Source: Chloroflexota bacterium (GTDB lineage Bacteria; Chloroflexota; UBA6077; FW602-bin22). Taken from it: 64,000 nt of DNA. Positions 41,075 to 49,925 of this stretch are shown here, one piece after another. The notes beneath the pieces are model-generated. The model saw only the letters and a list, made by a program, of their open reading frames with translations. It was not told where the DNA came from and did not search any database. Position numbers and translations under genes: made by a program. The stretch is taken from NCBI GenBank assembly GCA_016875715.1, contig VGOZ01000002.1, positions 20,608-84,607 on the forward strand, written 5' to 3'. Within the stretch, counting starts at the first letter, position 1. The number at the start of each line of letters is the position of its first letter.

Positions 41075-41707
41075 TCACCCTCGGGTCGACCGAAGCGGGC
41101 CCGATCGCCACGCGAGCGCGATCGTTCCCGCAATCAAGCCGATCGCCCCCGCGATCGCGCCGCCAATTCCGAGCGATCGCGCCATCGCGATCTCGCCGCT
41201 CAGCGCGTCGATCTGACCCTTCAACTCCAGACCGGAGGGAACCTCTTGAGGGAAGTGCAAAGTCGATGCGGGGGTGATGTCGTTGAAGCGGCCCGGACCT
41301 GATTCAAACCGCTCGTTCACCGTCGTCCCGTCGATGGCGCCGACGAACTGAAATGTGTAGGAGCCCGTCTGCGTGGGAATCAGGTCGGCAGTGTACGCGC
41401 CGGGCATGCCGAACCTGGTGCGCAGCGCGTACTCCTTCGGCGCGCCGCCGCCGGCCGCGACCCGTACCCTCAGCGTATTCTGGACGCCCTCCACCGGTGC
41501 GTTCCCATCCGTCTTCGTGACTCGGAAGTCAACGCCGTTTGGCTGGCCTTCAATCGCGGGCTCGTTAATGAATCCGACCACCACCGTGTAGGGACCGAGC
41601 GCACGGCGCTCGTGAGCCGAGGCCAGAGCCGGGAGTAGCGCGGTGAGCGCGAGCGCGAGCAACATCCCGCGCAGGAGAATGAAGGATCGAACCATCGCGT
41701 TGTTCAC
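41075..41707 (-). CDS. Membrane-anchored exported protein with N-terminal His (putative Cu-binding)
   Basis: Signal ...ALASA then HERR; GFINEPA; C-terminal TM; GAAGAGG RBS; directly upstream of copCD. Confidence 0.7.
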   Translation of the reverse strand: MNNAMVRSFILLRGMLLALALTALLPALASAHERRALGPYTVVVGFINEPAIEGQPNGVDFRVTKTDGNAPVEGVQNTLRVRVAAGGGAPKEYALRTRFGMPGAYTADLIPTQTGSYTFQFVGAIDGTTVNERFESGPGRFNDITPASTLHFPQEVPSGLELKGQIDALSGEIAMARSLGIGGAIAGAIGLIAGTIALAWRSGPLRSTRG

Positions 41708-41764
41708 AACCTCTTCTCGGAATAGTGGCGCCGCGCCGGTCGACGCGGCGTGATGGGCGAAGCC

Positions 41765-42136
41765 TCAGGCGAGGTGAGGCTCCGGTGGTGGAAGAGGCGG
41801 TGCGCGGTGGACGCCAGCGGGAGAACGGACAGCCGGGCGAGGCACGACCACGACAGTTGGGGACGGCCGTGACATCGCGATCGCCAGCAGCAGTGCGCCT
41901 ACGACGAACAGTGCCCCGGTCGCGGTCAAACCGGGCAGGAGCGTCGGCGCGGACGTGCGCTCCCGCGCCGTGGCGCGTTCGTCGTGGTGGTGGAGGATCG
42001 CCTGCCGCAGGGGAAGGCTTCCCTGCGCGTCGAAGACCGACCAAGACCCGGCATGGTGGTCTGCCAGCGGCAGGATCAACGCCCCGGCGAGCATGGCCAG
42101 GACGTACGCGCGGGTCACCAGGTTGATCGTGGGCAC
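41765..42136 (-). CDS. His-rich leader ORF with C-terminal RAPP/polyproline (CruR/CutF-like candidate)
   Basis: GAAGGA RBS + GTG; hydrophobic N-terminus, DHH, HHHD, second hydrophobic segment, HRAPPLPPPEPHLA*. Confidence 0.6.
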   Translation of the reverse strand: MPTINLVTRAYVLAMLAGALILPLADHHAGSWSVFDAQGSLPLRQAILHHHDERATARERTSAPTLLPGLTATGALFVVGALLLAIAMSRPSPTVVVVPRPAVRSPAGVHRAPPLPPPEPHLA

Positions 42137-42376
42137 CGGTCCTTCAGTTATATATCGACGTCCGTTTCGCCGGTTTCTCCTCACGCTCGCTTCCGCCGTT
42201 GGCGCGCGCCGGTCGGTGCACGCCGCGTACATCCCCCGGCGATCTTTCCTATCGTTCCAGCAGTGACGGCCGGACGGAGTCCCGACACGCGCGCGACGGT
42301 ATGGGATCGTGAGATGGCCGCCGATGTCGATCGTACGCGGGTCGCCTCGAGCGCGACGCGGGTACACTCCCGGGCG

Positions 42377-43237
42377 ATGGACCGGAGCCACTTCATCGAT
42401 ACGCGCCTCGTCGGCGATGCGCGGATCACGATGATCCTCGACGGCCACGGGTACTGGGCGCCGGAGCTCCAGGTGCCCGAGGCCGAGTGGCGCGCCGCGC
42501 TGCCCCAGGCGAACGCGGCCGGCGAGGTGGGCATCGACTTCTGCGGCGCCCACATTGCCCTCGGCGACGCGTCGATCCTCATCGACCTGGGGTTCGATGA
42601 CATCCCACCCGAGCGCGGCCACTGGGCGACGATGCGCCTGCGGCGCACGCCCGGTGTCGAGGCGGTGCTGGCGGCCATCGGCGTCCGCGCCGAGGAGATC
42701 ACCCACGTCCTCATCACCCATGCGCACGGCGACCACATCGCCGGGGCGATCGCCGAGCGGGACGGACGGCCGGTCGCCCGCTTTCCGAACGCGCGCCACC
42801 TGATCGGTCGGGCGGACTGGGAGCGGAACCCCGAGCGGAACAGCCCCGCGTCGCTCGCCGCGATGCACCTGGGCGGTCTGCTCTCCCGCGGCCTGCTCGA
42901 ACTGGTGGATGGCGTCCGTCCGGTCGCGCCGGGCGTGACGTTCCGACACGCGCCGGGCGAGTCGCCGGGTCATTCCATCGTCGAGGTCCGGTCCCGAGGT
43001 GAGACCTTCCTGCACCTGGGCGATCTGTTCCACTTCCCCTGCGAGTTCGAGCATCTGGGCTGGATTCCGCCGGGGCGCGACCAGGCGACGACCATACTCT
43101 CCCGCCGCGACGCGCTCGAACGCGCGCGAGACGCGGGCGCCCTGCTCGCGTTCTCTCACGGGGTGTTTCCGTGCTGGGGAAGGGTTTCGCCCGAGGGCGA
43201 GCCGGCGCACTGGATGTACGAGGTCGCCACGCGCTAA
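42377..43237 (+). CDS. MBL-fold metallo-hydrolase
   Basis: LITHAHGDHI, FPNARH, APGESPGH, LGDLFH. Confidence 0.88.
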   Translation: MDRSHFIDTRLVGDARITMILDGHGYWAPELQVPEAEWRAALPQANAAGEVGIDFCGAHIALGDASILIDLGFDDIPPERGHWATMRLRRTPGVEAVLAAIGVRAEEITHVLITHAHGDHIAGAIAERDGRPVARFPNARHLIGRADWERNPERNSPASLAAMHLGGLLSRGLLELVDGVRPVAPGVTFRHAPGESPGHSIVEVRSRGETFLHLGDLFHFPCEFEHLGWIPPGRDQATTILSRRDALERARDAGALLAFSHGVFPCWGRVSPEGEPAHWMYEVATR

Positions 43238-43370
43238 CCGACGCCGGCGCGACCGAGGGCCTCGTAGGTACTCGCGTTTCCCGCCGCGACGGACGAGGGA
43301 TGGGGGTAAGGGTCCTATCCCGGGAGCCGCTCCCGCGCCGGATCGGTGAGAACGTCCTCAACCACTCTGG

Positions 43371-45035
43371 CTATCCCGTCCGCGCAAGCGCCTCGCTCGC
43401 CCGCCAGACAAGCGCCTGCAGCGTCAGCGTGGGGTTGATCCCCCCGCCCGTGGGAAACACCGCACCGCCCATGATGTACAGGTTCGGCGAGTCGTGGACG
43501 CGCAATTCGGGGTCGACCACCGAGGCGCGCGGGTCCTCGCCCATCCGGCACCCGCCCATATCGTGCGCGCTCCCCACGCCGGTCAGCTTGGGCCCGGTCC
43601 AGATCTGCGCCGCGCCCATCTCGCCCAGGATCTCTCTCGCGCGCTCGACCATGAAGTCCATAAGTCGTTGCTCGTTGGGATGAATGTCCCAGGTCACCCG
43701 CACGACCGGCAGGCCGGTTGCGTCCCGCGCGCGCGCCCGCGGGTCCAGGTCAAGAAACGTATCCTCGTACGCGAGCGTCTCCGGCTGAATGCGCAGATCG
43801 GCGATGCTGTTCCAGTTCTCGACGAGATGCCGCTTGTACGCGCTTCCCCAAGCCGGGACGCCCGGTGGCAGCGCCGCACGCGCCGCAGCGACTGGCTGCA
43901 GTTGCTCCTCGCAGGAGATCGTCGCACCGCGGAGGAAGCCGAGGCCGCTGTGGTCGAAGTTGTCCCCCACGAAGTCGTCGAGGATGTCGCCGTTCGCAGC
44001 GGGGGCGATGAACCGGTTGAGCCGCTGGCCTGGAAAGAGACCCAGGACACTCCAGAACATCTTGGTGAAGAAGTTCCGGCCCACCTGGCCGTGGCTGTTG
44101 CCCAGCCCGGACAGGAGCAGAAGCCGGACGTTCTCGAACGTATAGCCAGCGAGGACGTAGCGGTCCGCCTCAGCGCGCTGGATCCGTCCCTCGGCATCCT
44201 GGTAGAGGAGACCGGTGACCGTCCCGTTTCCGTCGTGGGCGATCTCGACAACGCGACAATCGGTGCGCAAATCGACGTTGCCGGTCGCGACAGCCTTCCG
44301 CGCGAAGGTGTTGCCCGCGGTCGACTTACTGTCGTTGTGACAGACGTAGAAAGTGCACCAGCCGCACGAGGTGCAGGCGGGGCGTCCGTCGAACGGCTCG
44401 GTGTTGATCGAGGCGGGCACCGGATAGGGGTGGAGGCCGAGGCGGCGGCAGGCATCGGCGAACATCAGCCCTGTCGGCGTACGCCGCGCCGGGGGCAGTG
44501 GCAGCCCGTCGCCCCTGTATCCCTCGAAGGGATTACCGTCCGTCGTCGGCACGCCGCGGGTGTTCCCGGGGACGCCCGCGACGCCCATAAGGTGCTCGAC
44601 CCGACCGAAGTACGGCTCGAGATCGTCGTACCGGATCGGCCAGTCGACGACGTTCGCCCCCGGTGGGATTGCCGCGGCGCCGTAGCGGGCGATCGTATCC
44701 GTCCGCTGACGGAAGTCGTGGGGCTGGAAGCGCCGCATCCACGTGCCGTAGATCTGGGTCGAGCCGCCGACGCCATTGACCATACGCCCCAGCGAGTGGG
44801 TGGCGGGCATCGTTTCGGCGCCGGGCGAACGCCGCCAGGTGAGTGCCTCGGCGTCGAACTTGGGGCCGTACCCGCCCCGCGCGTAGGCGGCGGTCAGTTC
44901 ATCCGGATGCGCGTCGGCGGTGCCGATCGTGTGCCCGGCTTCGAGAACCGTGACGCGCGCGCCCGCGCGAGCGAGGACGTACGCCGCGGTCGCCCCGGCC
45001 GCGCCCATGCCGACGATGCAGACATCGCTCTTCAC
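43371..45035 (-). CDS. GMC oxidoreductase (gluconate 2-dehydrogenase flavoprotein-like)
   Basis: IVGMGAAG, GVGGST, DWPIRYDDLEPY, CTSCGWC, HDMGGCRMG, NPTLT. Confidence 0.9.
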   Translation of the reverse strand: MKSDVCIVGMGAAGATAAYVLARAGARVTVLEAGHTIGTADAHPDELTAAYARGGYGPKFDAEALTWRRSPGAETMPATHSLGRMVNGVGGSTQIYGTWMRRFQPHDFRQRTDTIARYGAAAIPPGANVVDWPIRYDDLEPYFGRVEHLMGVAGVPGNTRGVPTTDGNPFEGYRGDGLPLPPARRTPTGLMFADACRRLGLHPYPVPASINTEPFDGRPACTSCGWCTFYVCHNDSKSTAGNTFARKAVATGNVDLRTDCRVVEIAHDGNGTVTGLLYQDAEGRIQRAEADRYVLAGYTFENVRLLLLSGLGNSHGQVGRNFFTKMFWSVLGLFPGQRLNRFIAPAANGDILDDFVGDNFDHSGLGFLRGATISCEEQLQPVAAARAALPPGVPAWGSAYKRHLVENWNSIADLRIQPETLAYEDTFLDLDPRARARDATGLPVVRVTWDIHPNEQRLMDFMVERAREILGEMGAAQIWTGPKLTGVGSAHDMGGCRMGEDPRASVVDPELRVHDSPNLYIMGGAVFPTGGGINPTLTLQALVWRASEALARTG

Positions 45036-45577
45036 CCGGCGCGGTGGCTCCGGAAGTCGGCCAGCGACCGGGGCGCCCGCGCGATTCGGGCACCGGGCAC
45101 GTAGTCGTCCGGCCCGTACGCCATCTGCACGCCGGGGTGGCCGAGCAGGCGCCAGCCGATCATCTCCCGGTTGCCGCCGTGGGCCGGGTCGCTGAACAGA
45201 CCCTCACGCGTGTGGGTGAGGAGCGTCGCGAAGAACGGATCGTGCTCGAACTCGAGGTCGGCGAGGATCGCATCCTGCGTCGCCACGTCGGCGGCTGCGT
45301 AGCCGTCCTTGCCGCGCGTTCGCGCCCTCTCGTCGAGTCGGGCGATCCCGCGCCGGTAGAGCGACTGCAGATCTCGCGCCGGGCCGTTCAGCGCCCGATC
45401 GATGTAGTGGATGACCCCGGCCTCGGCCGCTCCCGGCCCCAGCGCGTCGGTGGGGAAGATCCGTGCCGCCGCCGCGGCAATCGCGCGCGCCCCGGCGAGG
45501 TCGAAGAACAGAAGCGCCTCCGCCGGCTCGGGCACGGGAGGGATGGTATCACTGGCGGTAGGCGATGACCCCGCCAC
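45032..45577 (-). CDS. Gluconate 2-dehydrogenase subunit 3 family protein
   Basis: PGAAEAGVIHYIDRAL, TREGLFSDP.HGGNR..GWRLLG.PG. Confidence 0.88.
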   Translation of the reverse strand: MAGSSPTASDTIPPVPEPAEALLFFDLAGARAIAAAAARIFPTDALGPGAAEAGVIHYIDRALNGPARDLQSLYRRGIARLDERARTRGKDGYAAADVATQDAILADLEFEHDPFFATLLTHTREGLFSDPAHGGNREMIGWRLLGHPGVQMAYGPDDYVPGARIARAPRSLADFRSHRAG

Positions 45578-45895
45578 CGCAACCGGCCTCGCGCGTTCTC
45601 ACGAGGCCCTTTCCTCGGGTAATGGGAGCCACAGGCGTGGTTTCTCAGTACTCAGACCACGACGCGAGGCGGAGAACGCCGGGGATCGTCCCGTCCGAGC
45701 TCACGAGGAGCACATGCGCCGCGAGGGCGCGCCCGTAGGGAAGGCGATCGAAGGGGTCTACCGGGCGTTCGTCGAAAAGAGCGTTCCGCTTCCATCCCCC
45801 AGTCGCCTGGCGTGACTGGCGCGGTCGCGGGCCGGTGCTCGATGAGGCGGTGCGGATTCCTGGCGCGCCGCGAAGGTCGCCGCGCCGTTCCGCGC

Positions 45896-47023
45896 TCACG
45901 TCATCGTGAGGGCCGCGCGCGTCACCGAGGTCGACTTCCCCATCCACTCTGCGGTCTCGAACGCCTGGTTGATCTCGCGCAGCGGGAACTTGTGCGAGAG
46001 CAGTTCGCCGAACGGATATCGATCGCCCGAGCGCTCCAGAAACTCGAGCGCGCGCGGCAGTGCCCAGGGGTGGTAGTGAGAAAGGCCGACCATCTTCCGG
46101 GATCCCCAGATGAACGTCGAGGCGTCCACTTCGAATCGGCTCGGGTGGATGCAGCCGATCTCCACGTAAGTCCCGCCGGGACGCACCATCTGCAATCCCT
46201 CGGGGATGACCCGCGGTGACCCGACGAGATCCATCACGACGCGGGCACCCACGCCGCCGGTCAGTTCGCGGACGCGGGCGATGCGATCCTCTGGCTTCTC
46301 GATCTCGGTCGCGTCGATGACGACATCGGCGCCGAATCGCTTCGCCAGTGCCAGGCGGCCCGGAATCCGGTCGATCTGGATGACCAGACCTGCGCCCATC
46401 TCCTTCGCGACTGCCGCGGCGTTCAGGCCGAGACCCCCCGCGCCCTGGAGAACGACCGTATCGCCGAAGCGCAGTCCACCCTGCTGGACTCCCCAGATGA
46501 CCTGCGAGAGCGCGCAGTTCGCCGGAGCGATCACATCGTCGGAGAGGCTGTCGGGCACCTTGAACACGTAGTGCCCCGGACGGAGGTAGTAGTACTCGGC
46601 GTACGTTCCCGTGAAGTACGGCGCGATGTGCGCCCCGCGCGGGCCGAAGCGGGTGAAGCGGGTCGGGCACGCGTTCGGCATGTCGTCCAGGCACACCGAG
46701 CACCGCCGGCAGGGAAAAAAGTAGGTGAACACCACGCGGTCCCCCTCGCGGAGGGTCTGGCCGAACGAATCGGTCTTCACATTGCGGCCCAGGACGGCGA
46801 TGCGCCCGGCGCCCTCGTGCCCGGTGACGAAGCCGGAGGTGACGCCCCGCGCCGCAGCGCTCGTGTACTCGCCGCGCCAGGTGTGGAGATCGCTGCCGCA
46901 GATGTTGGCCGTCGTCATGCGGATGAGGATCGCGTCGTCCTCGACCTCGGGCAGAGGCAGTTCACGAATATCGAAGGGAGTTCCCGCGCCCATGAACACC
47001 GCCGCCAGCGCCGTCTTCGCCAT
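45896..47023 (-). CDS. Zn-binding dehydrogenase (MDR family)
   Basis: NICGSDLH, GHEG, CRRCSVC...C, QGAGGLG; GGAGG RBS. Confidence 0.92.
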   Translation of the reverse strand: MAKTALAAVFMGAGTPFDIRELPLPEVEDDAILIRMTTANICGSDLHTWRGEYTSAAARGVTSGFVTGHEGAGRIAVLGRNVKTDSFGQTLREGDRVVFTYFFPCRRCSVCLDDMPNACPTRFTRFGPRGAHIAPYFTGTYAEYYYLRPGHYVFKVPDSLSDDVIAPANCALSQVIWGVQQGGLRFGDTVVLQGAGGLGLNAAAVAKEMGAGLVIQIDRIPGRLALAKRFGADVVIDATEIEKPEDRIARVRELTGGVGARVVMDLVGSPRVIPEGLQMVRPGGTYVEIGCIHPSRFEVDASTFIWGSRKMVGLSHYHPWALPRALEFLERSGDRYPFGELLSHKFPLREINQAFETAEWMGKSTSVTRAALTMT

Positions 47024-47209
47024 CCGTCTCCTCCGTTGGGGAACCGCGTCCGTGGACGCCTTTGTACCACTCCCGGCCCTGCCCTCGAGCGGCCGGGTCG
47101 CCCATCGCTCGCCTGGGAGAAAGGTACCCCCTGTCATAGGGAGAAAACCCCGACGCCGCCGCCGGGGTGTCCCTTCACCATCAGGCATGGGCGGAATTCG
47201 GAGCGAGTG

Positions 47210-47614
47210 ATGGCAACGAAGGGCACGGTCGTCCCGACGGCTCTGCAGTGGTCGCGAATCAATGCCGATGGCCTTCGGCAGATAGAGAGCGGCGATCTCA
47301 CCAGCGCCACGCCCACCCTCCACCGCGCCGTACAGATGGCGGAGCGGATGCCTGAGTCGGGCGAACGCCTGGCGTGCTCGCTCTTCGCGCTTGGCCGTGT
47401 CTACCGGATGGTCGGCCGTCTTGACGAGGCGGAACGCGCCATGCGTCGCGCGCTCCACGCCGAGTCGCACGCGCTGGGCCAGTCCCACCCGTACACCCGG
47501 AAGATTGCCGGTGCCCAGGTCACCATCCTCCGCCGGGCCGGTCGAACGCGCGCGGCCGCCCACCTCGAGCGGGTGCTGGCGGCCGACCCACGCCCGCGGG
47601 AGGGGATCTCGTGA
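47210..47614 (+). CDS. Tetratricopeptide repeat protein
   Basis: LACSLFALGRVY...GRLDEAERAMRRAL...LGQSHPYT. Confidence 0.75.
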   Translation: MATKGTVVPTALQWSRINADGLRQIESGDLTSATPTLHRAVQMAERMPESGERLACSLFALGRVYRMVGRLDEAERAMRRALHAESHALGQSHPYTRKIAGAQVTILRRAGRTRAAAHLERVLAADPRPREGIS

Positions 47615-47919
47615 ACCGCGTCGCTTCCCGGAGCGCCTATCACCCGACCTATCGCCCACATCGGCGTCCGCATGCGCCGCCCCCACCTCCCGACCGGCCG
47701 CAGACGACCTCCGAGCAGGTCGCCCGCACCATCATCGGCGCGTTCATCGGCCTGGCCATCGTCCTCGGCCTGATGGTCCTGGCCGGCGCCATCATGAACT
47801 CCGATACCTCCGCGGCGACCACGCCCTCCGACCCGATCGTCATCGTGAACGGCGAGATCCGTCAGCCGACGCCGTACTGGCGATTCCGCGATGAGTGGCT
47901 GACGCCGCGATCGAAGTAG
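47611..47919 (+). CDS. Small single-TM hypothetical protein
   Basis: GTGA overlap with TPR gene, GGAGG RBS, one TM helix. Confidence 0.55.
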   Translation: MNRVASRSAYHPTYRPHRRPHAPPPPPDRPQTTSEQVARTIIGAFIGLAIVLGLMVLAGAIMNSDTSAATTPSDPIVIVNGEIRQPTPYWRFRDEWLTPRSK

Positions 47920-47940
47920 AGGCGTCCCAGGCCGGTCGGC

Positions 47941-49531
47941 GTGGCGTCGGGGTCCGGGGTTTCCGCCGACCGCGGGCGCCCGCGTCCTGTCGATACTCTG
48001 CCGGTGGCGGCTGGCGATCCGAACCCAGCCGCGGGAGCGCGCGAGGTGGGCACGGGGTCCCTCCTCCTCGATGTGCTCCTCATCGCTCTGCGGCGCCCGA
48101 TGCCGCTGTTCGTCATCATCGGCCTGACGATCGGCCTGGCCGTGCGGCTCCGCGCCGAGACGGCCCCGTCCAGCGATCTCATCCTCGGCCTCACCCTGAT
48201 CGTGGGCGGCGTACTGACGGTGTTCCGGACGGTGCGAGGGATGTTTCGCGGTCAGTTCGCCTCAGACATCGTTGCGAGCATGGCGATCGTCAGCAGCGCG
48301 CTGGTGGGCGAGTACTTCGCCGGAGCCGTCATCGTGCTCAATGCAGACCGGCGGGGAGGCGCTCGAACTGTACGGCGTGCGCCGGGCGAGTTCGACGCTC
48401 GCACGGCTGATCGCGATGCGTGCGACCCGCGCCAGCGAAGAGAGCCATTTCGCCCGGGTTATCGCCCTGACCCGGCAGGCTCAGGCCGAGAAGGCGCCCA
48501 TCTCCCGTCTGGCGGACCGGTACGCGGCCGTCTTCACGCCGCTCACGATCGCGGTCGCTGCGGTCGCCTACTTCATCACCGGGCGGGTGGACGCGGTCAT
48601 CGCCGTGCTCGTGGTGGCCACGCCCTGCCCGCTCATCCTCGCCGCGCCTGTCGCGGTGATGTCCGGCATCAACCGCGCCGCAGCAGTGGGCATCGTGGTG
48701 AGGAGCGGCGGCGCGATCGAACAGATCGCCCGCGTGCACGCGTTCGCGTTCGACAAGACGGATACGTTGACGCGCGGTCACCCCGCTCTGCGACAGATCG
48801 CACCGATGAACGGGTGGTCGGAATCTGACGCGCTGACCTACGCGGCGAGTCTGGAGGAGCACTCCGCGCACCCGATGGCGCGGGCAGTGGTCGCGGCGGC
48901 GCTCGGTCGGCGCGAGGGTGCGCTGCTGACGGCCCGTGATACGCGTGAGGTCCCCGGTCACGGGGTCACCGGCACCGTCGACGGCCATGCGGTCGCCATC
49001 GGCGGCCGGCACTGGGTCGAAGGACTCGTCGGGTCGCCTGCCCGCGAGAATCCCGGGACCGGCCTTGGATGGGACGATCCCGGCGCGGCGCGATCTCTGG
49101 TCGCGATCGATGGGCAGCCTGCCGCCCACCTTCTCTTCGACGATCCCGTGCGGCCGGAGGCCCGCTCCCTGGTGCCCCGATCGCGCGCCCTGGGTATCGA
49201 CCGTGTAGTGATGCTGATCGGCGATGGGATCAACGACGCGCCGGCCCTCGCCGCGGCGTCGGTCGGAATCGCTATGGGCGCCCGCGGAACGGCGATCGCC
49301 GCCGAGGCCGCCGACACTGTCCTCATGGCGGACGATGTGAGCCGCGTCGCGACCGCGGTCGAGATCGGCCGCCGGACCACCGCAATCGCGCGTCAGGCGA
49401 TCTGGATCGGGATGGGCGTGAGCGGCACGCTCATGATCATCGCCGCATTCGGGGTCATCCCGCCGGCGCTCGGCGCGGTGTTCCAGGAACTCCTCCACAT
49501 CTTCGTGATCGTCCACGCGCTGCGGCGATAG
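47941..49531 (+). pseudogene. Heavy-metal P1B-type ATPase (TPCP motif, P1B-5-like) with frameshift and internal deletions
   Basis: VVATPCPL, FDKTDTLT, SAHP, GDGINDAPAL; no TGE actuator domain; extra A at 48340. Confidence 0.8.
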
Positions 49532-49925
49532 CCGTGCGGGACTGAGTGACGATGCGCGCTGATGGGCCGGTCCGAGAGGATTGCCCTCACGCCAACCCTC
49601 TCCACCACCGCGGCGGGCGGGGTAACCCGTCGTCGCCGATGATCGCGCCGGCGAGGTCCAGCGCACCGACCGCATACTCCTCGCGCACGGTCGCGGAGGA
49701 AGCTGTACCGGACCGCGGGCATCTCTTCCGCCCACTTCGGCGACCTCATCCGTGACGGGTGCCAGACCCGCCTCAGTGCGCGGACGCGGGAGGGGTGGAG
49801 CGAACCTGACGGTGATGGTCCTCAACTGTCGTTGCCATCGCTTCGATCGCGAGCGCACGTCTCGCGAGTGCACCGGGAACGTCCGGCGACTGGCGACGTG
49901 CGGTTCGAAGCGTCGCCAAGCCTGT

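Noticed and set aside
45600-45890. Coding-like stretch between the gluconate dehydrogenase and MDR genes
   Set aside because: No convincing start or recognisable family on either strand; may be a remnant but cannot be supported.
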